A stretch of DNA of 32,000 bases from an archaeon (GCA_024277355.1 JAJRVL010000004.1:390001-422000); one strand, 5' to 3'. Shown: positions 8,493 through 16,218, counted from the first letter of the stretch. The notes: a model not told the origin generated them from the letters alone. Made by a program: numbers and translations.

Positions 8493-8840
8493 CTAAATAA
8501 AAGTTTTAGCCTTTTTTACTGTTCCTGATAACTTTAAGGTTTTTGGAATAACTTTAATTCCATTAACTTCTTTTAATAATAAAATTCCTGCAATTAAGTC
8601 TTCTGTTGCAGTATGCCTGCATTTTAAGATTCCTTTATTTGTTTTTTCATTTAATCCAATAAACTGATAATTCATTTTACTTAAACCAAAACTTCCAAAT
8701 AATTCAGTTAACTTTTTTTTTAATGCAAAACTTACATTTTTTTCAGACAAATTATTTTCTGAAATTAACTCAAAAACCAAATAACGTTTTTTGTCTCTTA
8801 AAGACAAAGGAATTGGTTTAACTGATTTTTTTGTTTTCAT
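8493..8840 (-). CDS. rnp2: RNase P protein component 2 (Pop5/Rpp14 family)
   Basis: 'LRDKKRYLVFEL', 'GILKCRHTATEDL', 'KLSGTVKKAK'. Its ATG overlaps the upstream gene's TGA (ATGA). Confidence 0.8.
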   Translation of the reverse strand: MKTKKSVKPIPLSLRDKKRYLVFELISENNLSEKNVSFALKKKLTELFGSFGLSKMNYQFIGLNEKTNKGILKCRHTATEDLIAGILLLKEVNGIKVIPKTLKLSGTVKKAKTFI

Positions 8841-9418
8841 TCTTTTATCCTCTTATATTTTTTTTCCAAGAAGTTTTTAAATGACTCTAAATCTTTAACT
8901 GAACGCAATTCATTTAATGTTTTTCCAAAAGAAACAACTTTAACATTTAATTTAAATTTTTTCATTATTTTTAAACAAAAAACATAATTTCTAATCAAAG
9001 AAGTCTTTGAATTAAAAAACTGAGAAAAAGGAATAATTATTTCAGTTTTATTTTGTTTTGCAATTCTTGCAATTCCTGTATCAAATGAAAGCCTTCCTTC
9101 CATACAAGGCTTAAACAAAAAATCAATTCTTTTATTTGAAACCGCAAAACTATTCAGCAAAGGGTTTCCTCCTAAAACTCCAATAAAATCTGTTTTGTTT
9201 TTGAATTTATTTAATTCCTTTGAATCAGATTTAAGTAATAAATGACAGGTAAAAAATTTAACTGGAAATTTATTTGAATTAATTTTTTCTTTTAATTCAA
9301 TTAAATCTTTATCTGAAAAATTCCTGCATAAAACTATTTCTTTATTGCCTAAACTTTTTTCTGTTTCTGCTAATTTAATTAAATCAAATTCATTTGAATA
9401 AAAAATAAAGTCCTGCAT
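8837..9418 (-). CDS. rnp3: RNase P protein component 3 (Rpp30 family, PHP-like barrel)
   Basis: The call rests on size, position next to Pop5 and L15e, and 'DFIGVLGGNP...NKRIDFLFKP...SFDTGIARIAKQNKTEIIIPFS'. ATG 9418 is preferred over the ORF track's TTG 9424. Confidence 0.65.
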   Translation of the reverse strand: MQDFIFYSNEFDLIKLAETEKSLGNKEIVLCRNFSDKDLIELKEKINSNKFPVKFFTCHLLLKSDSKELNKFKNKTDFIGVLGGNPLLNSFAVSNKRIDFLFKPCMEGRLSFDTGIARIAKQNKTEIIIPFSQFFNSKTSLIRNYVFCLKIMKKFKLNVKVVSFGKTLNELRSVKDLESFKNFLEKKYKRIKE

Positions 9419-9448
9419 TAGCAAATATTAAGAGAAAAAGATTAAAAA

Positions 9449-10048
9449 TTAAGATTTTCTGTTATTGCTTCTTCTGCTTGGCCTGTTTTTATCAGTTGTT
9501 TTTTTTCTGGATTTTAATCCACGTGATTTTTTGCCTTGAGAAGTTAAACCTCTTTCAGCTCTTCCAGCATGCTGTTTTTCTGTCATCCATTTCAAGTTTT
9601 TATCTGACTTGATTTCAGATGCATTAACATCAACTAAAATTACTTCATAATATTTATTTTTTCCGTCTTCGCCAATCCAATAAGAATTCAATACTTCACA
9701 ATTAGAATACTTTTTTGACGCCCTGTTTTCTGCAATAACCTGAATGCTTTTTCTTCTGGTTAATTTATTTAAACCCATTCTTTTAGGTTTTCTTCCTTTA
9801 ACAGGTCTTTTTTTTGTTCCAGAACCTTTTCTTACTCTGGCTCTTACAACAATAATTCCTTTTTTTGCTTTATAACCTAAAGTTCTGGCTCTAGGAATAT
9901 TTGTAGGTTTATTTAATTTTACTACTGAATCTTTTTCTTTCCTGAAAGAAATTAACCTCTCTTTATTCAGCTTATTGTAATCATAAGCTCCTTTTTCTCC
10001 GGCAAACTCTTTCTGAAATGTTTCTTTTACTAACTTAGTATAAGACAT
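9449..10048 (-). CDS. rpl15e: Ribosomal protein L15e
   Basis: 'RPTNIPRARTLGYKAKKGIIVVRARVRKG', 'YWIGEDGKNKYYEVILVD'. ATG 10048 (MSYTK...) is preferred over the ORF track's GTG 10057. Confidence 0.92.
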   Translation of the reverse strand: MSYTKLVKETFQKEFAGEKGAYDYNKLNKERLISFRKEKDSVVKLNKPTNIPRARTLGYKAKKGIIVVRARVRKGSGTKKRPVKGRKPKRMGLNKLTRRKSIQVIAENRASKKYSNCEVLNSYWIGEDGKNKYYEVILVDVNASEIKSDKNLKWMTEKQHAGRAERGLTSQGKKSRGLKSRKKTTDKNRPSRRSNNRKS

Positions 10049-10178
10049 TAAAATCACTCAAATAAAAAGAATGGTAAAAAAATAGTTTTTATACCTTAAT
10101 TAATTCTTAACACAAGAGATTTTAAAGCTTTTGTTAAGACAACAAAAACATAAAAAAACAACACAACAAAAGATTTTA

Positions 10179-11090
10179 ATGGCTAAATGCGATAAATGCA
10201 GTAATCAATCAAAATTCTTTCTGCCTTACGGCCCGCATAAATACTGCAATAAACATTTTAATTCTTTTTTTGAAAAAAGATTTAAAAAAACAATAAGAAA
10301 ATACAAAATGCTTTCAAAAAACGAAGTAATTGTTGTTGGAGTTTCAGGAGGAAAAGATTCAATGGTGTTGCTTCATTTACTTGAAAAATTTTATTCAAAA
10401 GAACAAACAATTAAAGCTTTATCAATTGATGAAGGAATACCAAATTACAGAAATAAAGCAATCAAAGTTGCATTAAAAGAAATAAAAAAAAGAAACATTG
10501 AATTCAAATTAGTTTCATTCAAAAAAAAATTAGGCAAAACAATGGTTGACGTAATGAAAAAAACAGGAAGAAACAAAACAATTGGTTCAACTTGTTCTTA
10601 CTGCGGACCATTTAGAAGAAAATTATTAAATGAAACAGCAGTAGAAATGAATGCAACAAAAATAGCAACAGGACATAATTTAGATGATGAAGTTCAAAGC
10701 ATTGCAATGAATTTTTTTGACAATGACTTAAAAAGAATGGCCAGATTAGGAGCAATAACTAAAGGAAGCAAAGGATTTATTCCAAGAATTAAACCATTAT
10801 ATTTAGCTCCAGAAAAAGAAATTATAGCTTATGCTTCATTAAATAAAATAAATCATTTCAGTGAAGAATGCTGTCCTTTTTCCTGGCAGGCAAAAAGAAA
10901 TGCTTTCAGAACAATGCTAAATGAAATGGAAACAAAATTTCCCGGAACATTTTATTCAATTCTTTCATTTTTTGAAAACTTAAAGCCATCAATACAAAAA
11001 AAAGAAAAAACTACATTCTGTAAAAAATGCAACACTCTTTCATCAGGAACATTATGTTCTGCCTGCCTTAAACTTGAAAAAATCAATTAA
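10179..11090 (+). CDS. PP-loop ATPase, tRNA 2-thiolation enzyme (TtuA/NcsA/Ctu1 family)
   Basis: PP-loop 'GVSGGKDS', 'ATGHNLDDEVQS', N-terminal 'CDKC...CNKH' and C-terminal 'CKKC...CSAC' zinc fingers. ATG 10179 is preferred over the ORF track's TTG 10131. Confidence 0.8.
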   Translation: MAKCDKCSNQSKFFLPYGPHKYCNKHFNSFFEKRFKKTIRKYKMLSKNEVIVVGVSGGKDSMVLLHLLEKFYSKEQTIKALSIDEGIPNYRNKAIKVALKEIKKRNIEFKLVSFKKKLGKTMVDVMKKTGRNKTIGSTCSYCGPFRRKLLNETAVEMNATKIATGHNLDDEVQSIAMNFFDNDLKRMARLGAITKGSKGFIPRIKPLYLAPEKEIIAYASLNKINHFSEECCPFSWQAKRNAFRTMLNEMETKFPGTFYSILSFFENLKPSIQKKEKTTFCKKCNTLSSGTLCSACLKLEKIN

Positions 11091-11229
11091 TACTCAATAA
11101 TAAAAAATTAACTTAACAGAAGTTTAATAGAAAATTAGTATTATTAGTTTTTGCAAGACAAAAACCGTTTTTGATACAACATTTGCTAAAAAAGGTTTTT
11201 TGATCAAACTTTTTTTGAAAAAAGTTTGT

Positions 11230-11301
11230 GGACCTGTGGTCTAGTGGTATGACATCTGCTTGACGTGCAGAAGACTGGCGGTCCGATTCCGCCCAGGTCC
11301 A
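11230..11301 (+). tRNA. tRNA-Val (anticodon GAC), no intron, no encoded CCA
   Basis: Hand-folded. Acceptor GGACCTG/CAGGTCC. Anticodon stem TCTGC/GCAGA with loop TTGACGT. T-arm GGCGG-TCCGATT-CCGCC. Discriminator A. The T-loop has C where U55 is expected. Confidence 0.85.
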
Positions 11302-11414
11302 TACTCGCTTCCGTGCGAGTGGAACGGTGCAAGACATTCGCTTCGCTCAGTCTAGCTGTAATAAAAAAACAGCAGCACTGAAAGTGGTGCACCGTACTAA
11401 ACTGACGGAACAGT
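11302..11414. ncRNA. Unassigned GC-rich, structure-prone segment (candidate small RNA or extended tRNA trailer)
   Basis: 55 of 112 nt are G or C by hand count, against a far more AT-rich background. Hairpin ACTCGC-TTCCGT-GCGAGT lies at 11303-11320. A long-range 8-bp pair ACGGTGCA (11324-11331) / TGCACCGT (11388-11395) is possible. Hairpin GCTGT-N9-ACAGC lies at 11355-11373. No family was recognised. Confidence 0.3.
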
Positions 11415-12707
11415 TTATCTGATGCCTCTTACTGCGGCATTTTTTGATTTAAATGAAACTTTTCTTCCTTTAATTGGTTTTTCTTTTTTTGAAGTAGCTT
11501 TCATTTGTTTTTTTGCTGTTTTTATTGCAGCTTGTTTTTCTTTTGCCTGCTTTAATTGATTTACTTCCTGCTTTAATGATTTTGCTTTCATTAAAGCTTC
11601 AATTTTTACTCCCATTTCTTTTGCAAAAGCTTTTTCAAAGTCATCTAATTCCTTCATTTTTGAATCAATTTCTTTAACTCTTTTATTTAATTCTTTTTCT
11701 TTTTCTTCAACCATTAAACTTAATTCTACTTTTTCTTCTTTTATTTCTTCAAGATTTTTTCTTATTGTTTTAATAAAATGCTCTTTAAATACATCTAATT
11801 CCTCTACTTTTTGAGTTAATTCTTTTAGATTAGTATTTTTTATTACTTGTTTCTGGAAAACTTCAAGTTCTTTTTTTCTTTGTGCTGCTATTTCTTCTAA
11901 TTGTTCTTCTGAGTTAGCTGCAGATTCAGCTAACTGGCTTGCAATAAATTTTTTTAATTCAACTTTAGTGTTTTCTAATTCCTGTATTGTTTCATCAACT
12001 TCTTTCTGCAAGCTTATTCTAAATGCCTGCATCTGCATATTCATTTTTTCTGCAAGTTTTTGTGCACTTGAATCAGCTTCAGCTTTTCTTTTTATTTCTT
12101 CAATTTCCTTTATTTTTAGTTTAATTACTTCATCAATTTCATTTTCTTTTTCTCGTATAATATTTGAAATTTTTACTTCAAAATCAGCTGAAAGTTTTTT
12201 TATGTTTTCTTCAGTTTTTTTTGGATTAATTGTTTTAGTTAATTCTTCAAAAGAATTAAGTTTTTTTGTTAAAGTGTTTGAAATCTGTTCAGTTTGTTTT
12301 TTTGTTATTTCCTGAACTTTTTTTTCTGCGTTATTTATTAATCCTTCAGTTATTTTTGATTCTAATTCCAAAGCTTTATTTACTCTGCCGTCTAATTCTT
12401 CAATTTGTTTTGCTGAATCAAACATAAATTGTTTTGATTCATTCTTTAATTCTTCCATTTCATTTTTTAATGCTTTAACTAAATTCATTTTAGATGATTC
12501 TACTTCACTTAATTTAGTTTTTATTTCTGCTAAAACTCTTTCGTCTTCTTTTTCTTTTTCTTCGGTTTTTTTGCTTGCTTCAGAAACAGAAATTTTTAAG
12601 TCTTTTAAAGCAGTAATTTTTGCGTTAAGCTGGGAAAATAATTCTTTTGATTTTTCATTTAAAGAAGAATCAATTTTTTCAGTTAATAATTCTCTTTGAG
12701 ATTCCAT
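11415..12707 (-). CDS. Long K/E-rich coiled-coil protein, C-terminal part; the frame stays open upstream to 12938
   Basis: 430 aa of heptad-like K/E/L-rich sequence. The 77 codons upstream of ATG 12707 are open and similar in composition. They run directly up to the TAA of the preceding ORF, in the same frame. Confidence 0.7.
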   Translation of the reverse strand: MESQRELLTEKIDSSLNEKSKELFSQLNAKITALKDLKISVSEASKKTEEKEKEDERVLAEIKTKLSEVESSKMNLVKALKNEMEELKNESKQFMFDSAKQIEELDGRVNKALELESKITEGLINNAEKKVQEITKKQTEQISNTLTKKLNSFEELTKTINPKKTEENIKKLSADFEVKISNIIREKENEIDEVIKLKIKEIEEIKRKAEADSSAQKLAEKMNMQMQAFRISLQKEVDETIQELENTKVELKKFIASQLAESAANSEEQLEEIAAQRKKELEVFQKQVIKNTNLKELTQKVEELDVFKEHFIKTIRKNLEEIKEEKVELSLMVEEKEKELNKRVKEIDSKMKELDDFEKAFAKEMGVKIEALMKAKSLKQEVNQLKQAKEKQAAIKTAKKQMKATSKKEKPIKGRKVSFKSKNAAVRGIR

Positions 12708-12938
12708 TAAAATCTGAATTTTTTTTGATTCTTTTCCTAATTCTTCCTGAACTTTTGAGTTAATTATCTCATTTATATTATCTCTTATTCTTTCAACTTC
12801 ATCTAATCTTTCATTAACAACCGTTAAAACTCCTTTTTCCCAGACTTCTTTTTCTCCTGCATGAAGTTTTACTTTTGTTTTTTGCTCAAGCTTTTGTTTT
12901 GATAAATCTTTTTCTAAAAGATTTAAAGGTTGTTTTGC

Positions 12939-13220
12939 TTATTCTTTAACTTCTTTTTTAATTTCTTTAATTTCTTCTTTAATTTCTTGTTTTGCTTTTT
13001 CTTCTTCAAGTTTTATTTCTTTTTTTGGTTCAGTTTTTGTTTCCGCTGTTTTTTGTTCGGACTTTTTTTCCAAAAAAGGTTGTTTTGCTTCTCTTAACAG
13101 AATTTTTGCTTCTGTTTTGTCTATTCCAACTTCACTTAAATTAGATAATATTTCATCGTCTGAAACACTTAATGAAAGTAATTTTTTAATGCTTGAAATT
13201 AAAGTTTCTTTATCTGCCAT
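12939..13220 (-). CDS. N-terminal part of the same coiled-coil protein (small helical domain + K/E linker), ended by an in-frame TAA
   Basis: 'MADKETLISSIKKLLSLSVSDDEILSNLSEVGIDKTEAKILLREAKQ' followed by a K/E-rich linker. ATG 13220 is preferred over GTG 13229. The stop at 12939-12941 is in frame with the downstream ORF. Confidence 0.6.
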   Translation of the reverse strand: MADKETLISSIKKLLSLSVSDDEILSNLSEVGIDKTEAKILLREAKQPFLEKKSEQKTAETKTEPKKEIKLEEEKAKQEIKEEIKEIKKEVKE

Positions 13221-13343
13221 AATTCTCACTTGAACTAAAAAATATAACGGTTATAAAATAAAAAGATAACTGAAAGAATATATTGAGTTTATTGCAGTAC
13301 TATCGCAAGATAGTACATCGTCATTAAGGGGCGAAACCATTAA

Positions 13344-13416
13344 TGGACTCTGCGGGACTTGAACCCGCGGCCTCCCGATTGCCAACCGAGCGATCTACCA
13401 ACTGATCTAAGAGCCC
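13344..13416 (-). tRNA. tRNA-Ala (anticodon GGC)
   Basis: Hand-folded from the minus strand. Acceptor GGGCTCT/AGAGTCC carries the G3:U70 Ala identity pair. D-arm GATC-AGTTGGTA-GATC. Anticodon loop TTGGCAA. T-arm GCGGG-TTCAAGT-CCCGC. Discriminator A. No CCA is encoded. Confidence 0.95.
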
Positions 13417-13487
13417 GATAAATAATTAAATTAAATAAAAAGATTAAAAATAGATTTTTTATTGAATAAAGTCTTTTAAAAAAAAAT

Positions 13488-13706
13488 TTAAGGCGCAATG
13501 TAAATTACTGTGTCGCCTCTAATGATTATTTTGCTGTATTTTTTTTTGGTTTCGCCTTCTAATAATTCTTCTGCGTTTTCTAATACAACATTCATATGAA
13601 CATCAAATGCTTTTAGTGTTCCTCTAAAACTTAAGCTTCCTTTAGTTACAACTAAAACTTCTTTTCCTACTGACTCGTTTAATAAATCAAATGGTCTGCT
13701 TGTCAT
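13488..13706 (-). CDS. Sm-like archaeal protein (SmAP/LSm)
   Basis: 72 aa. Sm1 'VLVVTKGSLSFRGTLKAFDVHMNVVLENAEE'; Sm2 'IIIRGDTVIYI'. Confidence 0.9.
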   Translation of the reverse strand: MTSRPFDLLNESVGKEVLVVTKGSLSFRGTLKAFDVHMNVVLENAEELLEGETKKKYSKIIIRGDTVIYIAP

Positions 13707-13710
13707 AAAA

Positions 13711-14604
13711 TCACTCTTCTATTTCAATACTGTCCTCACTTATTTCAGGCACTTCATCAAAAGTTTCTTTTGCTTCTGTTTTTTTTGTTTTGGTTTCTTT
13801 TTTCTTTGAAGAAGGCTTCCTTTTAAAGATAGCAAACAATTTATTTAAAAAACTTATTATGGGATTTTGTTTTTTGATTTTAATTGTTGTTGCAACTCCA
13901 GTTAATTTTTCTGCAATCTGATTAATTGATTCAACTGCTTTTGAATTAGGTTTAAATAAAATTGTAGGCATAATTTTTTCTCTCATAAAAGATTTTCTTA
14001 TATCTTCATCATAAGGAACTAAACCATAAATTGGCAGTTCAAGCATTTTCATTATATCATCAGGAAAAACTTCTCCTTTTTCGTTTCTAACAAAATTAAC
14101 TATTAAACCAATTGGCTTTGCGCCTAATCTTTCAGCTACAATTTTTGTTTTTAATACATCAGCAATTGAAGGAGAAACAGGCATTGTAACTAATAATACG
14201 TTATCTGAAGCACTTAAAGCAGACATTACATTGGTTTCAATTCCAGCAGGAGCATCTAATAAAACATAATCAAAATCTTCTTTGACTGAAGCAATTACTC
14301 CTGCTAATCTTGCTGAATCCACTCTACGATAACTTTCAAAACTTAAACCTGAAGGAACAAAAGAAATCCCTCCTGGACCGTCATAAATTGCATCTTGTAA
14401 AGAGCTCTCCCCTAATAAAACATCATGCAGTGTTATTGGAGAAGACTGCATTCCTAATAATAAACTTAAATTAGCCATTGCTATATCTGCATCAACTAAT
14501 AAAACTTTTTTTCCTCTTTGAGCTAAAGCTATGCCTAAATTTGCTGTAATTGTTGTTTTTCCTACTCCACCTTTTCCTGACGCCAAAGCATAAACTGTTC
14601 CCAT
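13711..14604 (-). CDS. minD: MinD/ParA-family P-loop ATPase (archaeal MinD-like) with a K/E-rich C-terminal tail
   Basis: Deviant Walker A 'SGKGGVGKTT', then 'VLLVDADIAMANL' and 'VLLDAPAG'. The tail is 'KRKPSSKKKETKTKKTEAKE...'. Confidence 0.88.
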   Translation of the reverse strand: MGTVYALASGKGGVGKTTITANLGIALAQRGKKVLLVDADIAMANLSLLLGMQSSPITLHDVLLGESSLQDAIYDGPGGISFVPSGLSFESYRRVDSARLAGVIASVKEDFDYVLLDAPAGIETNVMSALSASDNVLLVTMPVSPSIADVLKTKIVAERLGAKPIGLIVNFVRNEKGEVFPDDIMKMLELPIYGLVPYDEDIRKSFMREKIMPTILFKPNSKAVESINQIAEKLTGVATTIKIKKQNPIISFLNKLFAIFKRKPSSKKKETKTKKTEAKETFDEVPEISEDSIEIEE

Positions 14605-14647
14605 AAATTATTCACTTTTTAATATAACTAAAAGAAATTGTTTGTTA

Positions 14648-15100
14648 TTAAAAGCTTTTTCCTTTAGATAACCTGTCTTCTACTTCTTTTGCTAAAGCAT
14701 TAAATTCAATTGTTGAAAGTGAAGCAGGCGCCCTTACAATAAAAACTTTATTTTTATAAGGCATAATCATATACCATTCATTTGATTTAATTAAAATTGT
14801 TTCAGATCTAGGTATTTCAGATTTAATGTAATTAAACATTGCTGTTCCTGTTATAGCTTCTTTTAAGCTGTTGCCGTTTGCAGTTGAAGCAATAACTGAA
14901 CCATTTTTGCTTGCAACACAAATATTGTCAACTAAATGCTTTTTCTTTAATAAACCTAATAATTTTTTTAAGTCAGTAGTATTAATATTAAAATTATGTT
15001 TTGAAAGAATCTCTGAAATTTCAGTTAACTGTGTCTGAGGAATTCTAGTATTATCTAATCCAAGTAATTTTTGAGCAAAATTTTTAATTGTGTTTGTCAT
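14648..15100 (-). CDS. Hypothetical protein, probable Roadblock/LC7 (MglB-like) domain in the C-terminal ~100 aa
   Basis: The pattern 'VDNICVASKNGSVIASTANGNS...AITGTAMFNYI...ILIKSNEWYMIMPYKNKVFIVRAP' fits the Roadblock alpha/beta pattern. This is a by-eye assignment only. Confidence 0.45.
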   Translation of the reverse strand: MTNTIKNFAQKLLGLDNTRIPQTQLTEISEILSKHNFNINTTDLKKLLGLLKKKHLVDNICVASKNGSVIASTANGNSLKEAITGTAMFNYIKSEIPRSETILIKSNEWYMIMPYKNKVFIVRAPASLSTIEFNALAKEVEDRLSKGKSF

Positions 15101-15152
15101 AAAAAAAACCTAATATCAAAGAAGTGACTAACAATGTTTTTATTGCTTTTTG

Positions 15153-15644
15153 TTAACCCATCTCTCCTAAACCTAATTTCTTCATTATTTCATCTCTTTT
15201 GCTTGAAGACTTTAACACCATAGACAAAACTTTTCTTGCATAACTTGGATTAAAAGTTTTGTGAGTTAATTTTTTTATGTCACTTGGAGAAACATCAACA
15301 TTTAATCTTATTTTTGGGTTAACTGCAATAGTTAATTCTGCGTCAGTTGAACGGAAAGAAATTACATCAAAAACTCCTTGTTCTGCTGAACCAGCATTAA
15401 ATACCTGTGCAATAGCAGAATTACCATTAACTACAACTCCATATTTTAAGTAGTCATAAGAACAGGCAATTATTTTTCCTTCTCTGAAAATTAAAGTTCC
15501 TTCCTCTAAACCATCAAATCCTTCAATTGTAAGATTAACATAACCATTAAACTTTTTTTTAATTAAAGAAACAATTTTTTCACTAAAAGCCGACTGTTTT
15601 AAGCTTATTGTTTGTTCAACTACTCTTCCTTCAACTAACTGCAT
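15153..15644 (-). CDS. Hypothetical protein, DUF4388/DUF2226-like
   Basis: 'FNGYVNLTIEG...EGTLIFREGKIIACSYD...GNSAIAQVFN...GVFDVISF' resembles the DUF4388 signature (tG-L-v...G-i-f--G-iv-A...g-eAl--l...G-F-f). This is a by-eye assignment only. Confidence 0.4.
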   Translation of the reverse strand: MQLVEGRVVEQTISLKQSAFSEKIVSLIKKKFNGYVNLTIEGFDGLEEGTLIFREGKIIACSYDYLKYGVVVNGNSAIAQVFNAGSAEQGVFDVISFRSTDAELTIAVNPKIRLNVDVSPSDIKKLTHKTFNPSYARKVLSMVLKSSSKRDEIMKKLGLGEMG

Positions 15645-15647
15645 TTT

Positions 15648-16112
15648 TTATCCCTTTTTTTTTCCTAAAACAATTACATGATCTGCTGTGTTTTTTAATG
15701 CTGCAGCAGAAGCTTCTTCAGCTAAAACAACTATTGTATCTTTGCCGTATCTTTTTGCTTTTACAAGAACAGGCAAAAAATCAGAATCCCTTGTAACAAA
15801 AGCAATTGAATCAATTGAATTATTAAAAATTGTTTCTGTTGCATCAACCGCCATAAAAACATCAACATCCCCGACAGTAATAATTGGTTCAAATCCCTGA
15901 TTAACTACTGCTTCAATTAATTTATCTGATGCATATTGATTCAAAAAAACTTTTCCTATTTTAATAATTCCAAAAGCACTTAAAGATTTTTTTATTTCGT
16001 CTAAATCAACATTTAATTCTTTTCTTAAAATATTAGGGCCGTCAACAAAAACAGCAATACTTTTTTCAGTTTTTGCTGAACTCTTTTTTCCAAACAAATT
16101 ATCCAAAAACAT
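15648..16112 (-). CDS. NYN-domain (LabA/DUF88-like, PIN-related) putative ribonuclease
   Basis: 'IAVFVDGPNI', 'GDVDVFMAVDA', 'IAFVTRDSDFLPVLVKAKRYGKDTIVV'. ATG 16112 is preferred over the ORF track's TTG 16130. Confidence 0.75.
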   Translation of the reverse strand: MFLDNLFGKKSSAKTEKSIAVFVDGPNILRKELNVDLDEIKKSLSAFGIIKIGKVFLNQYASDKLIEAVVNQGFEPIITVGDVDVFMAVDATETIFNNSIDSIAFVTRDSDFLPVLVKAKRYGKDTIVVLAEEASAAALKNTADHVIVLGKKKG

Positions 16113-16218
16113 TGTCAACCCCAAAAACAATATATATCTTTATACACTTAATTAAAATGACAGGATAAAATTAATAAGATATCATTACTATTGATTTTAA
16201 ACAAAAAAAGGTGATTTT

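Noticed and set aside
11205-11228. Near-perfect A/T palindrome CAAACTTTTTTTGAAAAAAGTTTG directly upstream of tRNA-Val, considered as a mobile-element end or att site
   Set aside because: There is no integrase or transposase, and no second copy, in the window. Its position fits an A/T-rich promoter (TATA-like) region for the tRNA, and A/T palindromes are common at this base composition.
11113-11392. Minus-strand ORFs 11113-11337 and 11204-11392
   Set aside because: They run through the tRNA-Val gene and the GC-rich segment. They are open only because the local GC content removes stops. Neither has an SD or protein-like motifs.
11302-11414. A second tRNA (including a UUA suppressor), a split-tRNA half, a C/D-box sRNA or a 5S rRNA in the GC island after tRNA-Val
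   Set aside because: I tried folding both strands and found no acceptor/T-arm combination. No 7-nt anticodon loop has U33 followed by TTA. There are no RUGAUGA/CUGA box pairs and no 5S-like conserved blocks. It therefore stays unassigned.
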